DNA from: the human T2T-CHM13v2.0 reference genome, Homo sapiens
Reading direction: 5' to 3' (one strand)
NCBI RefSeq assembly: GCF_009914755.1
Contig: NC_060926.1
DNA: 64,000 bases
Made by a program: the position numbers and the translations under genes. The notes under the pieces are model-generated. The model saw only the letters and a program-made list of their open reading frames with translations. It ran no database searches and was not told the origin of the DNA. Below are positions 1 to 17,000 of the stretch, one piece after another. Position 1 is the first letter of the stretch, and every line of letters begins with the position of its first letter.

Positions 1-1286
1 GTGAGAGCATTCTTTTTTAAATATTTAAGAAAAGAGACATTTACTTTTATAAAGAAGAACATATGGCCTTGTTTGTTATTGTGAATCCTTGGTTCTAAAT
101 ACTGCTGTCACCCAGGCATGTGTTCCCAACATTAACCTTTGTCTGAACTATTCTTATCCCTATGTAGGTGTATTTTATATCTGCATCTTCCATTAAGCCT
201 TCAACTAACCATTTAACACACACACACGCACACACAAATTGGCCCCCAAGTATTTTTAGGTTTCAATCCTCTTATTTTTCACATGTTAAACTCATGGACC
301 TTATATTTAAGTATATTTTCTGCACCTGCTCTCTGCCCAGACCCCTCCCTTAATTGACCTGAGGTCTCTCCTCTCTCTGATGCTGAAGGGTCTACTTATG
401 GTGCAAGGATTTTCTATACTGTGGTGATTACAGAAATGTATGATTGAAGTTTATTATATGTCAATGATGAAAGGGATAGTCCTGATTTTTTAATAATGGG
501 ATTTATCCTGATAACTTTGAAGTAAATAAAACATTCATCTTTGTGGCTTTACTAAAACATAGCTGTTAATGGACACTGTATCCCCTTTAAAATTTTCTTC
601 TTTTTTTACTTTATTCACACACTTTTCCATGGAAACCCCAAACATTAATTTAAAAAAATGGTATTAGTTTTCTTTGAGATAATAAAATTTTAATGTAATA
701 AATAAAGGGGAAAATAAGTTTATGAAACAAATTGCTATTAGAAACCTGGTTTTGAAGAGTTTTTGTTTCCCATTGCATGACGGATGAATTTACATACACA
801 TACATGCAAAAATGCTATAATCCTAAATTGTTTGGTTCTGATGAGAAAAAGATCATATTTAGGAAATTAAATATTGGGTAGATAAATCTATATATATGAT
901 CAAACTGATCAAACTATTATAAAATCAATGATCCTAAGACTTAAGATAATTATATATGAAAATAATTCCTGCACATACATTGTGAAAATTTAGTCTCTCT
1001 CCAAGCTCAGTGCCTAATCCCACTCAAGGGTGACCACTTGGAGTGGAGCCTTGTCAATACCCAAACATGTTCCTTGCATGTTGTGCACATATAAGCACAC
1101 AAGTACGTAGTTTATATATCAATCCTCTCTTTTTGAACAGAAACAAGAGTACAGCAGATAGCATTGTTCTGACCTAGAATCTTTTAAAAATCTTTATGAA
1201 CAAATATGGAAGCACATTCTGCTTTTTGAAAATTTTTTTAGGTGATTATATGATGTAGACTATATATATTCTCTATACTGTATAAA

Positions 1287-1490
1287 AGGAGTTGTCAAAT
1301 TATGGCCACAGATCTACCACCTGTTTTTCTAAATAAAGCTTTACTGGAACACAGCCACATCCATTTATTTACTGTTTTCTATGGCTGCTTTTGCACTACT
1401 ATGACAGGGTTGAGTGTTACAACAGAGACTGTACGTCCCACAAGCCTGAAGTATTTCCTGTCTGACCTTTTAAGAAATGGCTGATTCCTG
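1287..1490 (+). mobile_element. hAT-Charlie MITE, MER58A-like
   Basis: Motifs 'aaataaagctttactggaacacagccacatccatttattt' and 'ctatggctgcttttgcactact...acagagactgtacgtcccacaagcctgaa' resemble the MER58A consensus. Confidence 0.75.
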
Positions 1491-1497
1491 CAACATA

Positions 1498-1706
1498 CAG
1501 TCATCTCTTGGGATTGGTTTCAGGACCCCTACATACCAAAATCCATGCATGCTCAAGTCCTTCTGTCAGCCCTGGGTAACCCACAAAAAGAGGGCACTCT
1601 GTGTGCCCTGATTTTGCATCCTGTGGATATATGCGATGGGTTGAAAAAAATCCACATATAAGTGGACTTGTGCTGTTGGAATCCTTATTGTTCAAGGGTC
1701 AACTTT
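1498..1706 (+). mobile_element. TcMar-Tigger MITE, MER2-like
   Basis: Starts 'cagtcatctc...gattggtttcaggacccc...ataccaaaatccatgcatgctcaagtcc' and ends 'ttgttcaagggtcaact', like the MER2 termini. Confidence 0.75.
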
Positions 1707-1729
1707 AATATGACGGGAGATACGATGTA

Positions 1730-2300
1730 TAGAAAAGTGCACACAAGTGTACAGCATGATGAACATTAACAAACTGAACATACCCATGTCACCGGCACCC
1801 AGATCAACAAACATAATCTTGCCAGCATCTTCTCCAACTTGCTTCTAGTCAATATTGACAGTATTCTTGTAATATTCCATTGTTTGTTTGGATGGATCTT
1901 AATTTGTTAAATTATTTCCTTAATCATGGGAATTTTAATGATTTCTTTTTGGTTACATACAATGTTTTATTTAACATCTTCATACCTATTTTCTTACACT
2001 TTAGGGGTTATATATGCAGGATAATTTACTAGAAGCATAATTTTGGAGTACAAGAAAATGAGCATTTAAAATTATAATTATTGCCATGTTGCACTCTAAA
2101 GAGGTTTTACCACTTTTATACACTACAGCAGAGTATCAGAAGGCCTTCCACACTAAATTAGCCAATAGTTTAATCTTTGCCTTCTGATAATTGGAAATTG
2201 TATTTCATTTTAATCTTAATGATCGCTGTTTTAATTTGGAGTGAGATTATGTATTTTTTCATTTGTTATAAATAATTTTATTTATTTGGGGGGAGGTAAT
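1730..2300 (-). mobile_element. Ancient L1M (L1MD/ME-type) 3' region
   Basis: 'agaaaagtgcacacaagtgtacagcatgatgaac...cacccagatcaa' is typical of old L1M 3' UTR antisense. Boundaries approximate. Confidence 0.55.
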
Positions 2301-2547
2301 TTTATGACAAATTTTTCAAATTTTCCTGTAGTATTTGATCTGTTAGATGTTTTGTCCTTTGTAAGGGAGAATGGTTTATTTACACTTTCTTAGGTTAACA
2401 CTCATTGTATCCAATCTGCATACATTTTTATCTAGGGGTGAACAAAGCTTTTATTCATGATTCATTTGACTTTCCTCTGTATATGTGACTATTTCTCAGT
2501 TCTCATTTCTAATGCTGTGTGTTTACGCTTTATTGTTTTGTTTCTTT

Positions 2548-4900
<2,353 letters not shown>

Positions 4901-5544
4901 AAACTTATTAAATGATAATAATACATTTAACTCTATATTCTTCAGCTATGAAAGTATCTGTGGCAGTATCTTTTGCTGTCCCACTATGAAAGTCGAAATA
5001 ATTAGTGCATATGTATTTCCTTTTACTGCCATTTGCTTTTTTTGACCTTTGACTTTTGACCTGCTTCTTTTCTACAGACCACCCCTTTCATTTTCTAACT
5101 TCTGCCTCTTTCCAAGTACCGTGACCTCTCCTTAAGTCCCTACATGATTATTTTTATACTTTAAATCATATACTCAAATTTCTATTTCTTGGTTTTCAGT
5201 ATTAAGCAGTAATCATTAGGTTCTTGGTATGAGAAATGAGCTAATCAATAACTTACCTGTCCGCTTTTTTCCAAAAGTTGAATTGGTGTTCTCCTAATTT
5301 TATCCACAATTAACAAATTTTTATGCCTAGTTTTCATCGACTGTGGGTTAGGGTTATAGCTATTTGGGGAGCTATTTTTGTATGTATATACATTATATTT
5401 ATGTATTATATCCATATAAAAATTATACATTTATGTAAGTATAAAACTTTACATAATTTTATGTTATATAAGTAGAGTGCACATTTTATAGTATATACAA
5501 TATATTTTATATCACGTACAAGTATATATTATATAAGACATTAT

Positions 5545-6330
<786 letters not shown>

Positions 6331-7179
6331 ATATTTCTTGCTGTGTTATTAGAAATGACTTGCATATTAATAGAATTTTTTTATCTCTATCTGGAAGACT
6401 TTGGCTTTTGTGTTCCAGAAGCCTAAAATATTAGAGGAAAAGATTAAGGAAGGGGAATAATGGGCTCTACAACCTTCCACCCTCTCTCCAGACTAGAAAC
6501 CATTTTCTCAGGAGTTGGGAATTGATGAGGCTGAGAGAGAAGAGTTTATGCATTCTGGAGAAAGGGGTTCTGTGCTCCACCTCCTCACCAGACTCTTGAG
6601 CGGAGAGCAAGACTCTGGGAGCAATGGAGGACTCAAGAGCAGGGAAAATGTGTGCCTCTTTCCCACACAGAGCAGAGGAAAGTGACCCACCTCCGCTAGG
6701 GTGTGCTGCCTGGTGCCGCTCAGCAATGGCCAACCTGACCTCAACATGCTGACCATGCGCTTAGGAGTCACAGGCGAGCATCAGAAGGGCCAGATGAAAA
6801 TGCACGAATGGGCAGAGGGTCCCCTAGCAGCAGCATCCTGTGTGTATCAATGACTGTGAATCTTTGAGACATGGGAGTAATCATTTCCTCTATGGACAGA
6901 TGAATTCAATTCTAGGTTTCCCCCTATGCTTTCCCATCTCTTATACACAAGACAATACAAACACTCACATCCTGGGTACTACACAAACCTTGGAACTTGG
7001 ACATGAAGGGAAACCTCTGAGAGAAACCAGTCAACTGAGGTTGAGTTTCCCACCACTTCACTGCCTGGGGTTTTAATTGCTAGAGAAACGTAAAGACAAT
7101 GATAATTTTAAAAAGTATCTATTATCCATCCACTGATAAATGGACAAAATGTGGCATATTCATATTTAATGATAATTTG

Positions 7180-8232
7180 TTTAAAAGATTTATTTTTGAA
7201 GAGCAGTTTTAGGTTCACAGCAAAATGCAGCAGAAGCTTCAGAGATTTTTCACATAACCCTCCCCCCACACATTCTGGGCCGCTTCCCACACACTGACCT
7301 CCCCAACCAGAACATGTATGTACTGAAACATCACATATCCATTTACCACAAGAATTTGTAAAGGTATTATTTATTAATTAAAAATTAATTTAAAAAACAA
7401 AACAAAAAAGAAAAGAAATTGCTGAACCTACATTGACACATCATTGTCATCAAAAAGTCCATAGTTTATATTAGGGGTCACTCTTGGTGCTATACATTGT
7501 GTGGGTTTAAGCAAATGTGTAATGACATGGATCCACCATTATAGTCATACAGGGTGTTTTCACTGCCCTAAAAATCCTCAGCCCTCCACTGGTTCATCCC
7601 TCCCTCCATCCATCCCCTGGAAACCACTGCTCTTTTCACTGTCTCCTTAGTTTTGCCTTTTGCAGAGTGTCATACAGTTGGAATTATGCAGTATGTAGCA
7701 TTTTCAGACTGGCTTCTTTCACTTAGTAATATACACTTTAATTTCTTTCATGTCTTTTCATGGATTGATAGATCACTCTTTTTAGCACTGTATAATATTC
7801 CACTGTCTGCATATACCACAGTTTATTCACCTACTGAGGGATGTCTTGTTTGCTTCTCAGTTTTGGCAATTATTAATAAAGCTGTTATAAACATCTGCAT
7901 GCAAGTTTTTGTGTAGACATGTTTTCAACTCTTCTGGGTAAATTCCAAGGAGCACAATGGCTGGATCCTATAAAAGTATGTTTAACTTTGTAAGAAACTG
8001 CCAAAGTGTTTCACAAAGTGGTTGTACTATTTTGCATTCCCACCAGCAATGAGAGCAATGAATGAGCGTTCCTGTTGTTCCACATTCCAGCAAGGACTTG
8101 GTGCTCTCAGTATTCTAGATTTTAGCCATTCTAATAAGTATGTATTGGTATCTCATTGCTGTTTTAATTTGCATTTCTAAGATGACATATGATGTGAAGC
8201 ATCTTTCCATATGCTTACTTGCCATCTGTATA
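7180..8232 (-). mobile_element. L1MC/MD-type 3' region, with a short + strand L1 3'-end fragment at ~7312-7417
   Basis: 'gagcagttttaggttcacagcaaaa', 'ttttgcattcccaccagcaatgag', 'gtatctcattgctgttttaatttgcatttct'. Confidence 0.8.
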
Positions 8233-9724
8233 GACTAATTTTTCACCACTTTGTTGAGTGGGGCCTTACCTATCAGAGAAAAACAAGGAGAATAATTTCT
8301 TTTAGCAGCTGGGTTTGCATCTTTAGACTCTTTCTACATATGCCAAGAGGAAGAGAGTTCTTTTTTCAATTTTTATTTTTATTCTTATTGTTATTTTCTC
8401 TTGCTTTCAAAGAGGAAATTGGAATAGACAAGCTTTATTCCACCATCTTTAACTGGAAGCTCCACATTAACTATTTTAAATACATCAGATTAAAAATAAA
8501 ACATAGATATCAAAGGTTTTTGGTAAGAATAAAGAAAAGGTAATATTGCTAAGGTCAAGTTCTGGGGTTGTCTAAAGGGTCTTATTTGATTTTCTAAACT
8601 TTGACAGTAGGAGAATTTATTTGGGAAGAAACAATTAGTTCCATAGACCAAGGCTCATCATGTATCATTTGCAAGTGGAAAAGAATGAAGCTGACACCTA
8701 GAAAGATGTCCTATTTCACTATCCTAAGTCTAGTTGGCCAGGGTGGCCATGGTTGGGAGATTTTATCAGGCTAAGCTGCTATTTGAAAGAGGAGTATAAA
8801 ACTTTCCAAAGTGTCTTAATTAAAACTCAACAGACAAACTCAGAGGACAGACATGGAGGAATTGGAAGAGATGATTCAATCAGCCTCAAGGAGAATGAAT
8901 ACTTTGGCTTCAAAGAAGCCAACTCAAAAAGAGCTATGTGATTTCTGAGAACATGGTGCCCATCCATGGCCTGTGCTGGGCAAGCCTGTGTGATTTCGAA
9001 GGACAGAATTTGAGTGGGGGGTGGAGTGTTAATTGATGACGCCTTTATCAAGTCTGAACAAAATGAAACAAACAAAGAAAATCAGTCAATTGGGGCAAAC
9101 CAGCAGCTTTTCAAGTGGAGTCTGCAATCTGTTTTGGAGATTGGCTTTGTCGTTAGGATGTTACACAATGGGGTGACATAACCATTTTTCTCCTCTCCAG
9201 CTGTTTGTTACTGTTTATACCCCGTGTTTGTGTTAGATATAAAATTACCTGACAAGGTAAAATGAAATGATGTTATCTTCCTAATAAACATGTAATGGCC
9301 ATGCTAGTTTCAGCAACATTGATTGAGCAGCCCATCTCTGGGATCCAGAGAAGTCATTAGAAGTACCATTGATACTTCTTTTCTTGATGCCTCTGGGTGG
9401 AGATTGTGGTGAGATGATGTCACTGTGAGCAGAGTGTGTGTCTTCTTTCTTTCAACGGCTTTTAATCTACACATTTCCTGAGGGAAGAGAGTGTCCTCTA
9501 CCTTTTTTAAAGTACATTCAGAGATGTGCTAGGGAAGGGTTTGCACTTAGTAGTCAGCTGTCCCACCAAAGAGGAGCAGCAGTAAGTTCAGTGATATTTT
9601 GCCTCATCTGATGTGCACAATTGGTGCCCTGATGATATTCCAATGGGTCCAAGTCAAACGGCCAGTCAATAACGTTTATGCAGCCTCTGATGACACAGAA
9701 AGACACCAGAGGCTCACATGGAGG

Positions 9725-10220
9725 AAGACTGATGCAGTGGAATGGGTGAGTGCTTGAAGCTAGGCAGGCCTGTGTTCAAATCCCAGCCCCAGCACTTATT
9801 GCCTCTAAGGCCTGGAATGAGTTATTAAATCACCCTGATTTCTAGATTTCTCCACAGAATAGAAAGAAAAATTCTATCCCAAATTATTCAATTAAATCAA
9901 TACCAGTATTGAGTACCTACTATGTACTAGAGTCAATTAGGAGAGACACTTTTTGTTATTCCTTCGGTAAATATGTTGTGAACCTACTATGTGCCAGGCA
10001 CTAAACTGAGTGAAAAAAAAAAGACTGCAGGAAAATGTGATAAATATAGTTACAGGTATTTTACTTATTTTTGATGTTTTAAGATTTTAAGATTGAGTGA
10101 GGGCATATAAAAGAGTCTGCTATCCTGGAGGGATCCACAAAGGCTGCATAGGGGAGTTGCTGGTGCTCAGCTTTGAATGAGGCAAAAGAATATTCCAAGC
10201 AGGGAACTGACAAGGCTCCC
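9725..10220. mobile_element. MIR followed by L2 fragments
   Basis: 'cctgtgttcaaatcccagccccagcactta' (MIR core) and 'acctactatgtgccaggcact' (L2 3' end). Confidence 0.6.
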
Positions 10221-11354
10221 CCAGTGAGTCTGTAATGGAGACACCCACCTCCCCAGGGAGGGGCTTCTGGAATCCTAATCCAGTGCTCTTTTTCATTGCC
10301 ACGTTCTGCATCTTGGTTTGAGTTTTAAATGATTAAATGCCAAATGTGATAGTAAAGGTATTAAGGAAAGAAAGTGTATAAGCACGAAAGAATCACGTGT
10401 GAAGAATTGTTTAAAACGAAGTCTTCCATCAGCCTCCCATAGCCAGGATTGACATTCTGATGCTCTCTTAAAATGATAATGCCCAATTTAAAAAAATTAT
10501 GTCAAAGCCTAACTGTGAGGGGTGGGGGAGGAGGTGAGGAGAATGCACTATGTGGGAAGGGTTATTTAAAGTCATCAGGATAATAAAACCTTCATTCTTA
10601 TAACAAGGGTGAGATAATGAGATGTTAATCCTTCCAATATTTAATAGATTTATTATTCTAATGAACTATACCTGACAGCTTTGAACTGTACATAAAAATT
10701 ATTAATCTTTTGACAGATGTTGAGGTTTTTCTTTCTCTCAGTCTAGGTGTATGACCAGAGAGTTATGGCTGAAATTGCTCACTCACTGCAATTTCCCTCA
10801 TGGTGTAGTGGAATATTGAGGATCTCTGTGGTCCTGACTTTATTGAATGAAAACTGTGGGAATAAAACCTTGCAAAGCAGAAATTAGAGAAGTACTGATA
10901 GAGGAGATTAACTGGTATATGCGTCCAATGATAAACAAAATCAAACACAAATCATAGAGGCTTTTATCAACCTGTTCAGTAGGACTCAGTCTTGTAAATT
11001 TAACAGCCTTGTTAATTTAACAAAGATGTTCTGAACACCTATTTTGTGCCAGGCACAGTGTTAATGTCAGGGATAAAAAGTTAACTGGGACGTGTTTTTT
11101 GTCCTTGAAGATCTCAGCATGTAGTGGTCAGCCACTGCTGCCAGGCAATGAGGGAAAGTGAGTACCTGAGATGAACAAAGGATACAGAAAAGGCCGGGGC
11201 TAATGGGTTGAAAGCTTTGGTGTGACTGAAGAATTTCTGGAGCTAGGATGCTAGAGACAGTGAGAAAGAGAGAGAAGGTGGTGGCTACAGGGGGAGATGC
11301 TTGCCATGGGAACATTGAATGAGGTGCAGTTATTGGTAATGAGTATGTTTACAG

Positions 11355-13389
11355 CAGTGGTTTCAGAACTGTTTTGATCATGACTCAACACAAGAGAGAT
11401 ACATTTTATATCATGACTGAGTACATATACATATATGTGTATACACGTCTATACACAGATGTGTATACACGTCTATACACAGATGTGTATACACGTCTAT
11501 ACACAGATGTGTATACACGTCTATACACAGATGTGTATACACGTCTATACACATCTACATATGTGTGCATACACATGTATACGTATATACATATATGTGC
11601 ATATACATGTATATGTATATACATATAGGTGTACGTATATACGTATATACACGTATATATACACACATATATAGGTGTATGTATACACATATATACGTAT
11701 ATATACACCTATATATACACATATATACACCTATATATACACACATATACGCACCTATATATACACATATATACACACCTATATATACACACATATATGC
11801 ACCTATATACACATATATACACACCTATATATACATATATACATATATATACCTATATATACCTATATACTCCTATATATACATATATACACACATATAT
11901 ATACACCTATCTATACATATATACACCTATATATACACATATAAACACCTATATATAGACATATATACACCTATACATACACATATATACACCTATATAT
12001 ACACACATATATACCTATATATACACCCACATATACCTATACACCTATACATACCTATATATACGCACCTATATATACCTATATATACACCTATATATAT
12101 CTATATATACCTATATACACACATATGTATACACCTATACCTATATATATACACCTATATATACACACATATATACACCTACATATATACACACATATAT
12201 ACACCTACATAGATACACACATATATACACCTATATATATGCATATATGCACCTACATAGATACACACATATACACACCTATATATACACATATATACCT
12301 ATATATACACACACATATACCTATACACACATATATACACCTATATATACACACATATACCTATATATACACACATATATACCTATACACACATATATAC
12401 CTATATATACCTATATACACCTATATATACACCTATATACACATATATACATATATACACATATACCTATATATACCTAGTATACCTATATACACCTATA
12501 TATACACACCTGTATATATACACCTATATATGCACACCTGTATATATACACCTATATATACCTCTGTAAATATACACATATATACCTATATATACACCTA
12601 TATATACACACCTGTCTATATACACCTATATATACCTATATACACACCTATATATACCTATATACACACTTATATATATACCTATATGCACACCTATATA
12701 CACACCTATATACACACCTATATATACACCTATATATAACTATATACATATACCTGTATATCTATACACCTACATATACCTATATATCTATACCTATATA
12801 CACCTATACATACCTATATATACACCTATATATGCCTATATATCTATATATACCTATATACACCTATATATACCTATATATACACCTATATATGTACACC
12901 TATATATACACCTATATATGTACACCTATATATACCTATAGATATACACCTATATATACACCTATATGTACACCTATATATGTACACCTATATATACACC
13001 TATATATGTACAGCTATATATACAGCTATATATACGACTATATACACACCTATATATACCTATATATACACCTATATATACATCTATATATATCTATACA
13101 TACACCCATATATACCTATATATACACCTATATATATCTGTACATACACCTATATATACCTATATATACACCTATATATACATACATACCTATATATACA
13201 CCTATATATACATACCTATATATACACCTATATATATAAAATTGAGGCAAAGTTTCGTGAAATAATTCCTATGGTTATTACAGGCAATGTACCCTGATAT
13301 TTCCTCTTATATTTTATTTCATTTAATGTAATACAAAACTAGATTTCATAACCCAATAATCAATTACTATTCTGGCTTAAAAATCACTG
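11355..13389. mobile_element. hAT-Charlie MITE split by an internal microsatellite expansion
   Basis: Termini 'cagtggtttcagaact' and 'ttaaaaatcactg'. The halves (11355-11424, 13238-13389) resemble the uninterrupted copy at ~31863-32135. Confidence 0.65.
11422..13238. repeat. ~1.8 kb compound TA/CA-rich microsatellite/minisatellite
   Basis: Five copies of the 24-mer atgtgtatacacgtctatacacag (11435-11554), then degenerate (TATATACACC)n-type units. Confidence 0.97.
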
Positions 13390-14948
13390 GGGATGAAGGG
13401 CTGACGTGGGGTAGAAAACAAACTCACTGCCAGTGAAAAGATAAAGATAATGAGAGGCCAGATATTGGATAGATGTATCAAAGGTTTTGTAACCACCAAG
13501 AATCGTGATAGGAGTGATAGTGAAGAGAAAAACAGCAGTCCAGGGAATAGAATCCACATTGAATGAGGAGAAGTGACCAGGAGGGGGGCAGGTGCTTGGT
13601 GCAAGGACAGGGGATGGGCTACCATCTGATAGAACATGCCTTAGAGGGGCTGGGGGTCATAGAGAGAAGGGAAGAACACGGTGTGGAAGCAACTGTGAAG
13701 TGTAAGAGAAAACCTGTTCCATGGGACATGGCTGTGAAAGAAACACAACTCCCACTTGAGAGAGGGTTACAGGGATATAGGGTCATCAGGGAGACAGAGC
13801 TTCCATTTAGGATAAGGTGGAGGGAATGGTCAGTGAGAGTAAGAAGATAGGGAAGGCTTTGCCCTCCAGAACTCATGGTCTGTCATCAAGTTTGGGGGAT
13901 TAGGGAATGGTGGGAGTTTGGGTCAGCTTGGGGGACTCGTCAAGCATTGAGGTCATGAGTCCTTGGATGCATCTTAGGCTCCTTATGGTGACTGAGGTAA
14001 GAGAAGAGCAATGCTTCGTGGGCTTTGACATGGTGCTCTCTGGGGAGAAGATTGGTCATTGTTTCTGAGATAAGCCTCTTGAAGAGTGTGTAGTATTGAG
14101 TCAGGGAGTGCTTTGGGTGTAGGGGGGTGCATATCTGATGTTTTCAGCAAGTGGAGGCAGGGGACAAGGTACCATTTCTATCTTCTACAAAAAGACTTGG
14201 AAATTTGGTAAAATAATAGACCACAAAGCCATACTGCAATGTGTAGGTACCAATAAATATGGGAGAAAAGGGAAAAATCTTCTATTTCTAAATTCTCAGA
14301 GGAATTGGGGAAAGCTCACAGAGACAGTCAACTCTATTGAGTCTCAAAAAATGAAGTCTTTGCTTGGTTGTACATGGAGAGAAAACAGTCCAGAGAGTGA
14401 GAAGGCCTGTCAGAAAGAACAGAGACATAGACTAGATCAGCAAGTGGAGAGGGTGAGGGACCTCCATGGCTGTAAGGAGGCATGGTTTTGACTAGCATGC
14501 CCTTCAAAAGTCATTGTTTCCTTTCTTCTGGAGATGGTCCAATGATCTATCGACCTGCTGGTCACTTGCTCAGGTGGACAGATATGGCTTATGGTAGTTG
14601 GCTTCACTGGGAAGGGTCTTTAGCTTTCTGTGGAGGGAGCCATAGCTACTTGTCCACAGCCATTTCTCTAACAAGGGTCTCTGCAGAGTGACAGGCTCAG
14701 AGAAGGCAAGCCATAAGTCTGAATTCCTGGATTCGGAAGAGGATTATCCACGGTGATTGCACTGTCTTTGGGAGTTTTCTCTGGGCCTTTCACTCATTTG
14801 TCATTCAGTCTTTCACCAAGCACACATTGAGTACTAATGAGCAAGGAGGAAAAGCATGTGGTTAGAAAGTCCCCTTGGAGGAAGTAAGACCTGACCTGAG
14901 GGTTGCAATTCATTAGTGCATCTAATTTAAAACTAAAGTAGTGGTTCT

Positions 14949-15250
14949 GGCAGGGCGCCGTGGCTCACGCCTGTAATCCCAGCACTTTGGGATTACAAAG
15001 TGCTGAGGCGGGTGGATCACGAGGTCAGGAGATCGAGACCATCCTGGCTAACACGGTGAAACCCTGTCTCTACTAAAGATACAAAAAATTAGCCGGGTGC
15101 GGTGGCGGGCGCCTGTAGTCCCAGCTACTCAGGAGGCTGAGGCAGGAGAATGGCGTGAACCCGGGAGGCGGCGTTTGCAGTGAGGCGAAATCGCGCCAGC
15201 CTGGGCGATAGAGCGAGACTCCGTCTCAAAAAAAAAAAAAAAAAAAAAAA
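14949..15250 (+). mobile_element. AluY
   Basis: 'gagatcgagaccatcctggctaacacggtg' and 'gaatggcgtgaacccgggaggcg'; CpG-rich; pure A tail; TSD aagtagtggttct. Confidence 0.96.
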
Positions 15251-15951
15251 GTAGTGGTTCTATTCCAGTATGTTTTTTTAAAGTATAAAGTATACTAGAA
15301 TAGGAAGTGTAATGCAGAAAGAGAAAATGTCACTTCCTAAAGATTTTGCAAGATGAACAGCTCGTTTACATGTTCTCCATGGAACATAATGACTCTAGGT
15401 GTCAGAAGCAGAGGCAGGGGTGGTCAGCTACAGCCCCGTGGAGGGGAAACTCCAATGCCAAACCCTTTAGGCACTTAGGGTGTCATAGTTTCTCTCTGTG
15501 CCTCAGCACTTTCATCTGTAAAGCAGAGGGGTTCTCATCTAGCAAGATGACTGCAAAGCTTAATGGTAGACAAAAATGCGAATGTTTATTATTTCACAAT
15601 ATATTTTATCTGAAGTCTTCTGTCTCCTGGGGTCAGAGAGTTAAACTGATTATCCTTATTGCTAATATAACAAAATCTTTGAAACCAGAGATTTCATTTC
15701 TCTATTCATTGCTGATCATTGAGTGATAATTATGTGGCCAAATAATAAATTATATTATCAGCTACATAAATAATGAATCACATAATCAGTTATCTGAAAA
15801 CTATACTAAAGTAGAGGAAACTGACTTAATCTCCTCAACTAAGGAAGTGGAGATATTCCTTGGAACTAAGTTATTTTTTTTTCCCTGATAGGCTTAAACC
15901 TGGCTAAAAGATAACTATGGAAGTAGAAAATGATGTGTCTTGGAGGATTTT

Positions 15952-16254
15952 TTGTTTGTTTGTTTTTGTTTTTGAGACGGAGTCTCACTCCGTCGCCCAG
16001 GCTGGAGTGGAGTAGCGTGATCTCCACTCACTACAAGCTCCGCCTCCCGGGTTCATGCCATTCTCCTGCCTCAGCCTCCAGAGTAGCTGGGACTACAGGT
16101 GCCCGCCACCACGCCCGGCTAATGTTTTGTATTTTTAGTAGAGACGGGGTTTCAGCGTGTTAGCCAGGATGGTCTCGATCTTCAGACCTCGTGATCCGCC
16201 CGCCTCAGCCTCCCAAAGTGCTGGGATTACAGGCGTGAGCCACCGCGCCCGGCC
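15952..16254 (-). mobile_element. AluY
   Basis: Antisense AluY diagnostics ('gtgttagccaggatggtctcgatc'); 17-bp TSD gtgtcttggaggatttt. Confidence 0.96.
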
Positions 16255-16899
16255 GTGTCTTGGAGGATTTTAAAGATTTGTGTTAAGTTGCAGTCCTGTA
16301 TAGAAGCAGGAAACTAGATATTAGAATATATTTGGCTTCTCCTAGACCCATCTTTCTCTTTTTTCCTGACAGCACATTTATCCCAATGTCTTTCATGTTA
16401 AGCTTTTCATATGACCGGCTTCATTTGCAATTTGCTAGAAGGAGGTAGAATGCAACTTCTGATTTTTGAAAGGAAATATTTTAGTATAATAGAATAATCG
16501 AATGCAAGTACTACTGATATAGTTTCTAATAACTTCCTGGAGATTAGAGAGAGAAATCCATGAATAGAAAACATGGTTATCTCTGAGTTTTTAATGTGTA
16601 CGGTTAAAATAAAAGGTTTTAACAAAAAATAGGGCTTGATATGGGCTTAGAAGTTGGGGACGGCAGAAGGGAAAAATAATAGCTTTAGCTACACAGTTAT
16701 CTATTGCTGCTTATCATTGAGAATCAACTAATGGGTTGCAATACTTCTTTATTTTAATAGGTTAGGGCACATCTACATATCTGTGATTAGAATCAAGTTT
16801 TTAATATAAAGCTACAAATAACTGTAGTTGTTCCAGACATTGGAAGATGATATAAAAGTAATACAAAATAGTGCAGAAAATAGGAAGCCTGCATTGTAT

Positions 16900-17000
16900 G
16901 GTTGTTATGAATATAAATGAAAATATGTGTAAAATCACTAGTCCAGTATCTGGCACATAGCAGGTACATAATAAATGGTAGTTACACATTATTATTATTC
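16900..17000 (+). mobile_element. MIR 3' end
   Basis: 'atgtgtaaaatcactagtccagtatctggcacatagcaggtacataataaatggtag'. Confidence 0.65.

Larger units (their letters stand above)
11010..14050 (-). mobile_element. L2 remnant, split by a hAT MITE and microsatellite
   Basis: 'gaacacctattttgtgccaggcacagtg' 3' end, with purine-rich L2-like body on both sides of 11355-13389. Confidence 0.5.

Noticed and set aside
11374-13297. Many overlapping Y/I/H/T-rich ORFs and a CRISPR-like periodic look
   Set aside because: Translations of a stop-poor microsatellite. The 24-mers are head-to-tail with no unique spacers, and the DNA is primate.
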